Shown here one piece after another: positions 1 to 9,617 of a DNA stretch of 64,000 bases. A program made the position numbers and the translations under genes. This stretch comes from Acidobacteriota bacterium (lineage in GTDB: Bacteria > Acidobacteriota > UBA6911). The stretch's first letter is position 1; each line of letters starts with the position of its first letter. The stretch spans positions 2,944,001 to 3,008,000 of the forward strand of contig OY761556.1 in NCBI GenBank assembly GCA_963664705.1. Reading direction: 5' to 3'. The notes beneath the pieces were generated by a model, which was not told where the DNA came from, did no database searches, and saw only the letters and a list, made by a program, of their open reading frames with translations.

Positions 1-399
1 GGCGGTTCCGCCCGTAGCAATCAGGTCATCGACAATCAGGACACGCTGTCCGGGCTGAATGGCATCCTGGTGAATCTCCAGGGAATCGGTGCCGTATTCG
101 AGTTCATAATTGACCTGGAGTTTTGCGGCGGGAAGCTTGCCCGGCTTGCGCACAGGGATGAACCCGGCTTTGAGCGCATAAGCTACAGGCGGGGCAAAGA
201 TAAAACCACGGGCTTCAACTCCCAGCACCAGATCCACCTGCTTGTCCTGATATGGCTCGAGCAAAGCATTGATGGTCTGCTCAAAACACTTGCCCTGCTT
301 CAGCAGCGTGGTGACGTCATAAAAGAGTATGCCTTGCTTTGGCCAGTCTGGAATCTCACGAATTGCAGCCTTGAGGTCTTGAACAGTTTGCGCTTCCAT
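1..399 (-). CDS. apt: Adenine phosphoribosyltransferase (3' end runs off window)
   Basis: Absent from the ORF track. Manual minus-strand translation gives [33 protein letters not shown]...[36 protein letters not shown], with the PRPP-binding motif. Confidence 0.95.
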   Translation of the reverse strand, partial: MEAQTVQDLKAAIREIPDWPKQGILFYDVTTLLKQGKCFEQTINALLEPYQDKQVDLVLGVEARGFIFAPPVAYALKAGFIPVRKPGKLPAAKLQVNYELEYGTDSLEIHQDAIQPGQRVLIVDDLIATGGTA

Positions 400-400
400 T

Positions 401-682
401 TCACCATCCTTCGATCGAGAAAGTACTGTAGGTATCCTGCACCGGGATATCGACAACATCCATGCGCTCTACTCTGGAAAGGGCCGGCCCTTTTTCAACC
501 TGCTTGACGAATTCCGCAATTTTCTTTTCACTCCCCTGCACGACAATTTCGACCGTGGAGTCGGGGCAATTCCGCACATCCCCAACCACCCCAATCCGAT
601 TTCCGACGTGCTGGACAAAATATCGGAATCCAACGCCCTGCACCCTTCCATGGACAATAATGTGCTTCGCCTGCGTTGCCAT
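401..682 (-). CDS. acyP: Acylphosphatase
   Basis: Signature [11 protein letters not shown] and the GDVRN segment; 1 nt from the apt start. Confidence 0.95.
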   Translation of the reverse strand: MATQAKHIIVHGRVQGVGFRYFVQHVGNRIGVVGDVRNCPDSTVEIVVQGSEKKIAEFVKQVEKGPALSRVERMDVVDIPVQDTYSTFSIEGW

Positions 683-718
683 GCCTTTAACTTAGCGCAT
701 CTCGGACGCGTGCGGCAG

Positions 719-777
719 AAAAAAACAGGAGGGTCGCCTCATTTTCTCAAAAATTGGGGACGTCCCCCGTGTTTTCT
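719..777. repeat. Degenerate REP-like imperfect inverted repeat
   Basis: AAAACAGGAGGGTCGCCTCATTTT faces AAAATTGGGGACGTCCCCCGTGTTTT in a divergent intergenic region. Confidence 0.4.
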
Positions 778-814
778 GTATTATAACGTTCTTTCACAAC
801 CGATCGGGGCTGCG

Positions 815-2446
815 ATGGAAAATCCAAAGAACATCGGGAAATACGAAATTGAAGAATTCCTGGGCGGTGGCATGTCGCACGTATACAAGGCTCGCGACAC
901 GTTGATGGGAAGAACTGTTGCCATAAAGGTACTGACGCAAACCGGCGTCATGGAACCGGAAACAAAAGCTCGATTTCTGCGCGAGGCGCAGATGGCCGGC
1001 AGCCTGTCCCACGAAAATATCATGAGCGTGTACGATTTCGGGGAGGATCAAGGCCAGCCCTTCATGGTTATGGAATTCCTGCGCGGAGAGGATCTGCGCA
1101 GCGCGATGAAAAACGGCAACACCGGCGACACGAACCGCCGGCTTGAAATTGCCCTGCAGGTTGCCAAGGCCCTGGAGTATATTCACCAGCAGAAGATCAT
1201 CCACCGCGACATCAAGCCGGAAAACATTCACATCGGGACCTCCGGGAAAGTAAAGCTCATGGACTTTGGCGTAGCCAAAACGGATGAGCTGAACCTCACG
1301 CGCCCGGGATTCACCATGGGAACGCCGTACTACATGGCACCGGAACAGGTGCTTGGAAAAGACGTGACTTCACTCGCGGACATCTATTCGTTCGGGATGC
1401 TTCTTTTTGAACTGCTTACCGGAAGCAAAGCCATCACGGGCGATACAGTGGAGCAGCTCTTCTATAAAATCCTGAATGAACCGGCAGACCTGACAGCCCT
1501 GCAAACGGCCGGAGTTCCGGAATCGATCAATGCGATCATCGCCCGATGTGTAGCCAAGAATCCCGCCGAGCGGCCGAAAAGCATGAGCGAAGTGCAGGCC
1601 TCGATCGAGAAGGCGCTCCGGCCGCAGCCGCAATCCGCGCCCCCGGTTGCCCAGGTTACGCCGGGCAGGAAGTGGATAATCCCCGCCGCCCTCATCGGAG
1701 TAGTGATTCTGGCGGTCATCCTTTATGCACTGATCCCGTCCAGGAATGGCAAGGATGTCGCGCAAAACACGGAAAAGACCTTGCAGAATAAGCCGCAGCC
1801 ACCCGCGACGCTGTCGACCGCCACGAGCGAAATGGTTCTGATTCCGGCCGGAGCCTCCAGGGCTTTCTATATAGATCGAACGGAGGTTTCCAATGAAGCC
1901 TATGGACGCTTCTGTACGGAAAAGGGCCGTCCGTTACCCTCGGGATTTCCCCAATCGCAACCGGAGCTTCCGGTCGTGAATATTACAATTGTGGATGCCC
2001 AGGAATTTGCCAAGTGGGCGCAGAAGCGCCTGCCGAGCAAAATCGAATGGGAAGCGGCCGCGCGCGGCAGCGATCAGAGAACCTACCCATGGGGAAATAC
2101 GCACGATCCTTCGCTTGCGAATGTGTCCGACAACACCGGGCTCAGCACCCATACTCTCATGGCAGCCGACGCATTCAAACAGGGAGCCAGCCCGTACGGC
2201 GTGCAGCAGATGGCGGGAAATGCGTGGGAGTTTGTCGATGAGTTGATTGCACCCAGTCCCGGAGCGTTGCAGGCCTTCGCCAAATTGATGACGCCGCCGC
2301 CGGCCGCGGATGAACCATGGTATACGATACGCGGGGGAGCCTTTGACACGCCCCTGGTTAAAAATGCCGCCTTCGAATGGAGTGCCGTGCCCGCGAGATT
2401 CAGAGCACCGGATATCGGATTCCGCTGTGCCAAAGATATTCCCTAA
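815..2446 (+). CDS. Membrane Ser/Thr protein kinase with C-terminal FGE-sulfatase (SUMF1-like) domain
   Basis: Kinase motifs LGGGMSHV, VAIK, HRDIKPEN, DFG and GTPYYMAPE; a TM helix; then FYIDRTEVSN, RLPSKIEWEAAARG, YPWG, MAGNAWEF and IGFRC. Likely start MENPKNIG at 815. Confidence 0.92.
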   Translation: MENPKNIGKYEIEEFLGGGMSHVYKARDTLMGRTVAIKVLTQTGVMEPETKARFLREAQMAGSLSHENIMSVYDFGEDQGQPFMVMEFLRGEDLRSAMKNGNTGDTNRRLEIALQVAKALEYIHQQKIIHRDIKPENIHIGTSGKVKLMDFGVAKTDELNLTRPGFTMGTPYYMAPEQVLGKDVTSLADIYSFGMLLFELLTGSKAITGDTVEQLFYKILNEPADLTALQTAGVPESINAIIARCVAKNPAERPKSMSEVQASIEKALRPQPQSAPPVAQVTPGRKWIIPAALIGVVILAVILYALIPSRNGKDVAQNTEKTLQNKPQPPATLSTATSEMVLIPAGASRAFYIDRTEVSNEAYGRFCTEKGRPLPSGFPQSQPELPVVNITIVDAQEFAKWAQKRLPSKIEWEAAARGSDQRTYPWGNTHDPSLANVSDNTGLSTHTLMAADAFKQGASPYGVQQMAGNAWEFVDELIAPSPGALQAFAKLMTPPPAADEPWYTIRGGAFDTPLVKNAAFEWSAVPARFRAPDIGFRCAKDIP

Positions 2447-2548
2447 CCAATATCTCCGCACCGGATAATGACGCAAGTCACTTGTTGACGCCGGGGTTCC
2501 ACTACCTCCCGGCGTCTCGCCTGACACGATTTACTTCACGGGCGTTTT

Positions 2549-2890
2549 TCTTTCGCCCCTTCAGGGCTCCTATTTATTCGCTATTCTACCAGGGGTTCGC
2601 TCCGCTCACCCCTGGCTACTTGCTTTCGGCCCTGCCGGGCCTGGTGCCGCACTCGCATCACCAGGGCCCAGAACAATTGGTATTGGCATGAACCGTCCCG
2701 GCGGCATCCGTGCCATAGTAGCAAATACGCCCTTGCCGGCGAGACGCCTAATGCCATTTACTATTTTACAGCGCGTTTTTCTTTCGCCTCATCCAGCCCC
2801 GGCAGGGGCGATCAGAAAGTAGCCAGGGGTGAAGCGAAGCGAACCCCTGGTAAAGACAAGCGCGAGAAAGAGCCCTGAAGGGGCGAAAGA
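2549..2890. repeat. Inverted pair of ~96-bp REP-like palindromic units (REPIN-like)
   Basis: TCTTTCGCCCCTTCAGGGCTC (2549-2569) is the exact reverse complement of 2870-2890. The CCAGGGGTTCGCT..CACCCCTGGCTACT hairpin occurs in both orientations. Confidence 0.8.
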
Positions 2891-2979
2891 TCCGGGCCTG
2901 GTGCCTCACTCGCGTCGCAGGGCTCAGAACAAATAGTATTAGTATGCAGCACTACTCGGGAGGGCGGCGTTCCCAGGAG

Positions 2980-5049
2980 TTATTTCCTGAGGGCGGCATC
3001 GATGCTGGCAATGTTCTTTCTCGCGTACTCCGCTTCCGCCATATCACTGTTCAGCTTCAGCATTGTCGCGAAATGCTGTCGTGCGGCGGGAAGGGTCTCA
3101 ATCTGGCCCGTTGCCTGCGCCTTTCGGGCATACACAAGTCCGAGAGCGTAATGAACGTACGGGTCTTCGGGATCATAGGACAGCGCACGCTGGCAACTAA
3201 CGATCGCAGCATCGAAGTTGGAAAGCTTGCGTTGGCTGTCGCAAACCCCGAAATGCGCCAGGCTGCGCAGGTCTTTCCAGATGTCCGGTTGAGCGGCACG
3301 CTTCTTCTTGCCAAAACCCGCGAGGAAACCGAGGACATAGTAATTCATCTTCCCCGCAAGCTTGCTGTTGTAATCGCTCAGCCGCAGATACTCATTGTAC
3401 TCGACGATGCTTTTATCATAGGCGCCTGTCAGTCTCAGGCTTTCAGCCAGCCAGAAATGCGGCTCCGGATTCGAAGGATTCAGCTTTATCGCCGTTCCGG
3501 CCGCTTCTATGGATGGGGCATACTGATCCTTGATGCGGAACGCCTGCGCCAGCAGATACTGGGCCATGGAATCCCGGGAGTCTCTCTGGACGACAACGGT
3601 CAACTGCCGTATCGCTTCATCGGTGTTGCCGATATCCAGCAGCATCCCTGCAAAACTGGCGCGCGCCTCCAGGTAATCCGGGTCGATGCTGATCGCTTTC
3701 CGAAAGGCCTGCTCCGCCTTCTGTTCTTCAAATAGAGCATTATAGGTACGACCGAGATAGAGCGCCGCCTGGCTGTAGGCAGGATCGGCTGCCAGCGCCT
3801 TTTCAAAACTCTCCGCGGCCTTTCGGTAGTTGTCCTGATACCCCTTCGTATAAAATTCCATCCCTTTATCGAAGGAATCGACCGCGGATTTGTTGCGCCG
3901 GCGAAGAATCAGAATCTTGATGCTGACCGTCTTTTCCTGCCCGGGGTACACCATTTCATCGCGCGGGCCATCGGGCTCATACCCCATCTTGACCCCTTGA
4001 ATGGTGTGGCTTCCCGGCGTGAGCCCCGGAAGCCGCAGAGGCTGCACCTTGTTGACGATGCCGACCGACTTGCCGTCCAGGAAAACCTCGACGGAATCGG
4101 CATTCGACTCGATGATCAGGGCGCCGAATTTGGGCGGGGGAGCATCGGCCACGGACGCCCTGGTCGGAACATAGGCGAGCAACATGCCCGGATCAAAACT
4201 GCTGCGGTCGGATGTCGGGTTCTGCTTGCTGTCGGTTGCTTCCCGAACATTGCTCCGTACATATTCGCCGAGCTCATCGGCGGTGACGAGACCGTCCCTG
4301 TTGTGATCCGCCTCGCCTTCAAGCCCCCTCACGACATAATAGGTAAAGATGCCGTGACCTCCGCCCCAGTCCGGACTCTCAAACGATCTCTCGCGGTCGC
4401 GGCTCGCTGTCAGGGAAAATACCGATCGCGACAAATCGATCAACGACCGGTTGATTGTCTGGACATCCGCATCAGGCGCAACCGCGCCGCTGTGGCAGGA
4501 ATCGGTCAACAGCACCTTCCACTTTGCTTTGACCTTCCCGAAGACCGATCCGAGCGTTGCCATCGGATATGCGGTTTGCGCAATCCGATTGAGCTCAATG
4601 TCGTAAGGAGCCAGGTATGCCTGCCCCTGCGCCACAAACCCATGGCCGGCGAAATAGACCAGCACACGATCCTCTTCTTTCGCCACGGAAGGCAGCCACT
4701 CTTCCATCTCCTTGCGTATCGAGGCCAGCGTGGCTTTGGCTCCGACCAGGGTATGAACATTCTCCGCCCGGAAATTGCCCCCTTCGGGGCTGATCAGAAC
4801 TGAATACACGGCCTCGGCATCTCTTTCGGAATATTGGAGCTGCTGCTGCGCCGAGAGATTTTTATATTTGGCAATTCCAATCACCAGGGCATAGCTGCGC
4901 GGGATCTGCGGCACGGCGCCGCCCTTATTTTCAACGGCGGACGGCACATCCTTTTCTATTTTGAGATCACGCTCGGATTTCGGTTTCTGTTGAGCGAATG
5001 CCAGAACTGCCATGGAGAAGGCGATAACCAGTCCGATTTTTCGCATCAT
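2980..5049 (-). CDS. Exported caspase-family (peptidase C14, metacaspase-like) protein with PEGA-like domain and TPR repeats
   Basis: Signal peptide; YALVIGIAKY; catalytic His in FAGHG and Cys in DSCHSG; GHGIFT; a PEGA-like segment (VEVFLDGKSVG...GSHTIQGVKMGY); about 8 TPR-like repeats. Confidence 0.92.
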   Translation of the reverse strand: MMRKIGLVIAFSMAVLAFAQQKPKSERDLKIEKDVPSAVENKGGAVPQIPRSYALVIGIAKYKNLSAQQQLQYSERDAEAVYSVLISPEGGNFRAENVHTLVGAKATLASIRKEMEEWLPSVAKEEDRVLVYFAGHGFVAQGQAYLAPYDIELNRIAQTAYPMATLGSVFGKVKAKWKVLLTDSCHSGAVAPDADVQTINRSLIDLSRSVFSLTASRDRERSFESPDWGGGHGIFTYYVVRGLEGEADHNRDGLVTADELGEYVRSNVREATDSKQNPTSDRSSFDPGMLLAYVPTRASVADAPPPKFGALIIESNADSVEVFLDGKSVGIVNKVQPLRLPGLTPGSHTIQGVKMGYEPDGPRDEMVYPGQEKTVSIKILILRRRNKSAVDSFDKGMEFYTKGYQDNYRKAAESFEKALAADPAYSQAALYLGRTYNALFEEQKAEQAFRKAISIDPDYLEARASFAGMLLDIGNTDEAIRQLTVVVQRDSRDSMAQYLLAQAFRIKDQYAPSIEAAGTAIKLNPSNPEPHFWLAESLRLTGAYDKSIVEYNEYLRLSDYNSKLAGKMNYYVLGFLAGFGKKKRAAQPDIWKDLRSLAHFGVCDSQRKLSNFDAAIVSCQRALSYDPEDPYVHYALGLVYARKAQATGQIETLPAARQHFATMLKLNSDMAEAEYARKNIASIDAALRK

Positions 5050-5053
5050 AGGA

Positions 5054-5737
5054 TCACTTGTGAGCCAGCCGGAACTGGTAGATCACAGGCCCCGTCAGGG
5101 GGACCGGAGAAGAAACCAGGGAGCTGTCTTCCTTACGCATGATGATAAGTTCACGGGATTTTGCCCGCGGTATGCTCTGCAGGTTTTCCGGCAATTCGTC
5201 GGAATCAGGAATGCTTCGCACGCCGGCACTCGAATCAATGCAATCCCCACGGGCGCGCATCATTGTGTCGTCGCAGCGCGGCAGCAGCGTTTTGGGCGGC
5301 ATTTTGGGTTTTGGAAGCGGAGCGATGCTCCCATCGCCAATCCCTAACGGAACAGGACTGACCATCCAGTACACGACATCATGTCCCGGAGGCCCGTCGA
5401 CACGAAATAGAGCGCGGGTTGCAGGAACCTGATAATCCCGGCCGGCAACGATGCCATTTTCCTTGCCGGTCTCCTCCCTTGGGAAGAGCATGGTGTAGCT
5501 GCCGCTGGTTCCGTAATCCATCACATAAAGGTATCCGTTGAAATTCGCCCGGAATCGAAATCGGACATGATCGCCTTTAGAAAAGATGTATCCGGGATCG
5601 GCTGACTTCCAGGAATTTTCTTCCTGCCGTTCCAGGGTGATCTCCATTCTCTGCGACTGTCCGGGCTTTGGCGCATCAGTCTGGGCACACAGTCCGAGTG
5701 AAAACAAAAGTGGAAGAACCGTCAGTATCGGTTTCAT
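5054..5737 (-). CDS. Exported DUF4384-domain protein
   Basis: Signal peptide; FSKGDHVRFRFRANFNGYLYVMDYGTSG..MLFP pattern typical of DUF4384. Confidence 0.82.
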   Translation of the reverse strand: MKPILTVLPLLFSLGLCAQTDAPKPGQSQRMEITLERQEENSWKSADPGYIFSKGDHVRFRFRANFNGYLYVMDYGTSGSYTMLFPREETGKENGIVAGRDYQVPATRALFRVDGPPGHDVVYWMVSPVPLGIGDGSIAPLPKPKMPPKTLLPRCDDTMMRARGDCIDSSAGVRSIPDSDELPENLQSIPRAKSRELIIMRKEDSSLVSSPVPLTGPVIYQFRLAHK

Positions 5738-5739
5738 GT

Positions 5740-6642
5740 CTATTGATGTGTGAGAGTCAGATCGGCAACCACGCGAGCATTTGCCGACCGCGAGGGATTG
5801 ACAATATATACCGCCTTCTCTTTCTCAGGAGCAGAAGGAGTGGGCGGCGCCGTTTCATCAACTTTCTCAATCACCAGATCCCTAGCCGAAATGTTGCGCA
5901 GTCGTTCGATCAGGTTGTCATGAATGTTTGCCTGGGCCAGTAAGACTTTGCCGCTGTCCGGACGGGCATTTTCCTTGGGCTTGGCTTTCTGCCCATCCGA
6001 CAAGGAATAGATCAGTTCTTCCAGATCGCTTACCGGCTGTCGTGAAAAGACAATGAAAAGCTTCTCTTTTCCAGGCTGTTCGTCAAAGGTAAACACATAC
6101 CCGGATGGGATGTCATATTGGGTCCCCTTCAACACATGGTTGTCGCCGCCGGCAATTTCTGAAGATGGGAACAGCGGCTTCCAGTTTCCGCTGGAACCAC
6201 GGCTGATAATGTACAGGTAGCCGGCCGTATTCACATCCACGCGAACGCGTATCCTGTCTCCTGAATGAAAAACCGTGTCGGTATCCACCTCCACCGAGGC
6301 TGAACCGGTCTTTTTGAGGAGGCTGTATCGAATCCCGAGCGGACCGGATTCACCCGGATTGAAGGCGACCTCCATCATGTCTCCGGATGATTTGGCCGGA
6401 ATGCCTGGCCTGGATTCCGGGGCTTTGGCCTCGGGGGCCTTGGCTTTTGCCACTTCGACCGGCTGCTTTTCTTTGGTTTTTGCTGACTGGGATGTCGTCT
6501 TCTTTGCGGGAGGCTCAGCGGACGGAGCGGAATAAAAAATCTCGCGGGCGCTGAGGTTCTTTGATGTCTGGCCAAAAGCCTGTACCGCACTGAGAACTAA
6601 AAGTAAAATCCAAAACGGGGATTGGATTTTGCATGATCGCAT
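5740..6642 (-). CDS. Exported DUF4384-domain protein
   Basis: AGGAGG RBS before ATG at 6642; signal peptide; FHSGDRIRVRVDVNTAGYLYIISRGSSG..LFP...FDEQPGKEKLFIVFS. Confidence 0.82.
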   Translation of the reverse strand: MRSCKIQSPFWILLLVLSAVQAFGQTSKNLSAREIFYSAPSAEPPAKKTTSQSAKTKEKQPVEVAKAKAPEAKAPESRPGIPAKSSGDMMEVAFNPGESGPLGIRYSLLKKTGSASVEVDTDTVFHSGDRIRVRVDVNTAGYLYIISRGSSGNWKPLFPSSEIAGGDNHVLKGTQYDIPSGYVFTFDEQPGKEKLFIVFSRQPVSDLEELIYSLSDGQKAKPKENARPDSGKVLLAQANIHDNLIERLRNISARDLVIEKVDETAPPTPSAPEKEKAVYIVNPSRSANARVVADLTLTHQ

Positions 6643-6790
6643 GGGTAGCCTCCTGAACGCACCCAGAATACCCCGAAGAATTCTAATAGTGCAAGTCCGC
6701 CCTGAATCGGGAGAATGCATGGCAAAATGAAAAAAGAGCTTTAAGTAGGTATTTGCTTTGGTCGATAATAGCCCGCAAAAAGGAGCTGAC

Positions 6791-7381
6791 ATGATGCATA
6801 GGTCTTTGCCGGTACGAATTGCTGTTTCAGTTGTTTTGATTCTCATGCTCGCGGTTCCCGATGCGCTGCGCTCTGCTTTCGCCGAGCCGCCGGCCGCCCC
6901 GGGACTCAATCTGGTGATTATTGAAGGAGAGGGCGCCATCAACAACGTAAAGCAGCGAACCGCGCGTGAACCGGTGGTGCAGGTGGAGGATGAAAATCAT
7001 AAGCCTGTTGCCGGCGCTGCTGTGCTGTTTACACTTCCGGATGGCGGGCCAAGCGGAGTTTTCGGAAATGGAGCAAAGACGCTTAAGGTCATGAGCGACG
7101 CTCAAGGCAGGGCTGTGGCCAAAGGACTGCGCCTTAATGACGTTTCCGGAAAATTCCAGATCAAAGTGGAAGCGTCCTACCAGGGAGCCAATACTTCCAC
7201 AACAATCAGCCAGACCAATGCAGTTCTATCAACCGTCGCCCACGCCGGGACGACATCGGCGCAGATTGCATCCATCGCACTGGCAGTCGGTGCTGCTGTG
7301 GCTGCCGTTGTGGTCGTTGCGACCCAGAAGAAAACGACAGCATCTCAAAACAGCCTGGGCTCACCGACCGCAGCGAAATAA
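6791..7381 (+). CDS. Exported Ig-like (Big_1-like) protein with C-terminal hydrophobic helix
   Basis: AGGAG RBS; signal peptide; VVQVEDENHKPVAGAAVLFTLP...SDAQGRAV; hydrophobic C-terminal anchor. Confidence 0.65.
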   Translation: MMHRSLPVRIAVSVVLILMLAVPDALRSAFAEPPAAPGLNLVIIEGEGAINNVKQRTAREPVVQVEDENHKPVAGAAVLFTLPDGGPSGVFGNGAKTLKVMSDAQGRAVAKGLRLNDVSGKFQIKVEASYQGANTSTTISQTNAVLSTVAHAGTTSAQIASIALAVGAAVAAVVVVATQKKTTASQNSLGSPTAAK

Positions 7382-7467
7382 GATTTCAAACTCTGCGGGC
7401 TGCTTTCAGGCAGCCCGCAGACCACGATCGATCAGATACACGCTGATAGTACGAACGGATTCCTCCT

Positions 7468-8172
7468 ATGAAAGCATCAAAACGTGAGTTTAACGAATTG
7501 GCCTCCGGGGAAACGCCCTCCGGTCTGAGCTCGAGGGACAAGCTGCTGAAATCCGCTGAGGAGCTGTTTGCGGAAAAAGGCTTTCGTGAAGTGTCCGTTC
7601 GGGAGATTGCGGCGCACGCGGGCGTCAATTCAGCCCTGGTAGGATATTATTTTCGCGGAAAGCAGTCTCTGTTCAACGAGGTTTACCGGACCCATGCAGC
7701 CCCCCTGGCCCAGGAGCGTATCAAGCGACTGGCAGCCATTACCGGGAAGAAACGAAAACCCACGCTTGAAGACTTGATGCGAGCCTGGATTATTCCATGG
7801 CTTCGCATCGGTACAGACTTGGACAAAGCCCTTCATGTCCGGTTTACGGCCAATCTTTCTGAAGAACGATGGGAAAATACGACCAAGGCATTTCCTTTGA
7901 CGCAAAAAGCCAATAAGCTTTTCTCGGAAGCTCTGCACAAGTGTCTGCCGCAACTCTCCAAAGAAACGGTGCAGTGGCGTTTGCATTTCATCGTGGGAGC
8001 CATTACGTTTGGATTGAGAGTGCCGGGCCCCCTGCTCGCCTTTTCGAGAGGCCGATGCAACCCGCGCGATCTGGAAATGCTGTTTGCCGAGATTCTCCCG
8101 TTTGCGGTGGCCGGCTTCGCGGCCCCGGAACCCGATGTTTCGCAAAAAGACCAGGAATACGCAGGCAGGTAA
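7468..8172 (+). CDS. TetR/AcrR family transcriptional regulator
   Basis: N-terminal HTH LLKSAEELFAEKGFREVSVREIAAHAGVNSALVGYYFRGK. Confidence 0.93.
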   Translation: MKASKREFNELASGETPSGLSSRDKLLKSAEELFAEKGFREVSVREIAAHAGVNSALVGYYFRGKQSLFNEVYRTHAAPLAQERIKRLAAITGKKRKPTLEDLMRAWIIPWLRIGTDLDKALHVRFTANLSEERWENTTKAFPLTQKANKLFSEALHKCLPQLSKETVQWRLHFIVGAITFGLRVPGPLLAFSRGRCNPRDLEMLFAEILPFAVAGFAAPEPDVSQKDQEYAGR

Positions 8173-8333
8173 GTCAGTTATCGATACGGTGAAGCAATTC
8201 ATCTGCGACGAATTACTCGACACCGACTGGGAGCGCCGGCTCTCAGTCGGATCTTTTCGAATCAATCCGAACAAAAACCTACCTTCCCAAAGCCGGAATC
8301 CCGAATCTTGAGTTTTTGAATGATGCCTGCGGA

Positions 8334-8915
8334 TTATGCTTCAGCGCGCCGCTTCAGGGTACGAACCAGAATGGCGAGCAGAATACAGCCGATCAGGATT
8401 AGCGATATGGTGGGATACTGTCTTTTGAGGACTTCGGCAGCCTGATCTCCAAAGTGAGCGGCAAGATAGCCCATCAGCGCATAGCGAATCAGCCGCCCGA
8501 TAAACACGCCGCCGGCCAGACGCATCTGCCCGATCCGGAGAACGCCGGACGCAAGGATAACAAGCTTGGTAGGAAACGGCGGGGGGGCAAGGACAGAGGC
8601 GATAATCGCCCACAGGCCGTACTTCTGCATCTTCTGTTCGACCCAGGCGATTTTCTCCGGGTTGAATCGCGACAGCGCTTTTTCCCCGCCCTTCTTGCCG
8701 ATTCCGTATAAAACCATGCAGCCCAGCGTGGATCCGATGGTAGCAGCCAAAACGATGAGATACATGACAGCCGGTCTCTTCCAGGCAAGTAGCAAAACCA
8801 GCGCATCCGGTCCACCGGCGAGGGGAACTGCGGCAGAATCCAAAAATGAGATCACCAGCAGGCCGGGGATGCCCATCAGGAGAAGAAAACCATTCAAGCG
8901 CTTCAGCACGTACAC
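8334..8915 (-). CDS. VTT/DedA (YqaA-like) membrane protein
   Basis: Hydrophobic profile; GSTLG..LY.IG, PPPFPTK and GRLIRY motifs. Confidence 0.82.
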   Translation of the reverse strand: MYVLKRLNGFLLLMGIPGLLVISFLDSAAVPLAGGPDALVLLLAWKRPAVMYLIVLAATIGSTLGCMVLYGIGKKGGEKALSRFNPEKIAWVEQKMQKYGLWAIIASVLAPPPFPTKLVILASGVLRIGQMRLAGGVFIGRLIRYALMGYLAAHFGDQAAEVLKRQYPTISLILIGCILLAILVRTLKRRAEA

Positions 8916-9102
8916 TCCAGTCTTTCAGTCCATTGCGGAATCGTACATAGTAGAGGTTTATGCGTCGACTCTCAACCGCAAAATGGCAGCGCACCTTTCT
9001 GTTCCTCCAAAATAGGTAGCGCCCCCTGATTTTCTATGCTTCTATACTGGCATACCCAAAAACGAGTCCGAGAACCAACCCGAGGAAAGAAGGAACGACA
9101 TT

Positions 9103-9567
9103 ATGGCCGATTTAAAGTATGCGAAATACATTGTCACGGAAGACCTGATGCCCCCCCAACCCGCTGCCGCCGTAAAAGCGATGGAGGATCAGGCCAAGGA
9201 AGGAAAAATACTCGACAGGACTATGCTGCTCGGCATCCAGGATTGCATTGTGCCGGGCTGTTCGCTCTTTGCCGGCTGCGAAATCCTCTGGGGGCTTCCG
9301 GGTGGCAAACCCGTGGCCATAGAAATCGAACACAGCCATGACTTCGATGAGGTTATAGGGTTCGGCGGCACCAATCGCAACTATCCCCGCGAACTTGGCG
9401 GCGAAATCGAGTTCCTCATTGGGGGAGAAAGACACATCATTACAAAGACCTGCCTTATCTTTGTCCCGAAAGGGGTGCTCCATTGTCCGGTTATTTTTAG
9501 GCGGATCGATACGCCGATTTTTATGTTTGAAGCGGCCAATAATCCCAATTACATCAAGGTGCTGTAA
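9103..9567 (+). CDS. Cupin-fold hypothetical protein
   Basis: HSHDFDEVIGF...FVPKGVLHCP cupin metal-binding motifs. Confidence 0.7.
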   Translation: MADLKYAKYIVTEDLMPPQPAAAVKAMEDQAKEGKILDRTMLLGIQDCIVPGCSLFAGCEILWGLPGGKPVAIEIEHSHDFDEVIGFGGTNRNYPRELGGEIEFLIGGERHIITKTCLIFVPKGVLHCPVIFRRIDTPIFMFEAANNPNYIKVL

Positions 9568-9617
9568 TGCGCATCTGTGGGATTCGCAGCTTCCTGTAAA
9601 GCCGCGAATCCCACACA

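Noticed and set aside
70-507. 145-aa plus-strand ORF
   Set aside because: Antisense shadow of apt and acyP, which carry clear family motifs.
1800-2950. FGE-sulfatase domain plus downstream repeats as a diversity-generating retroelement target
   Set aside because: No reverse transcriptase in the window and no template-repeat copy of the gene's 3' end; the downstream repeats are palindromic REP-like units.
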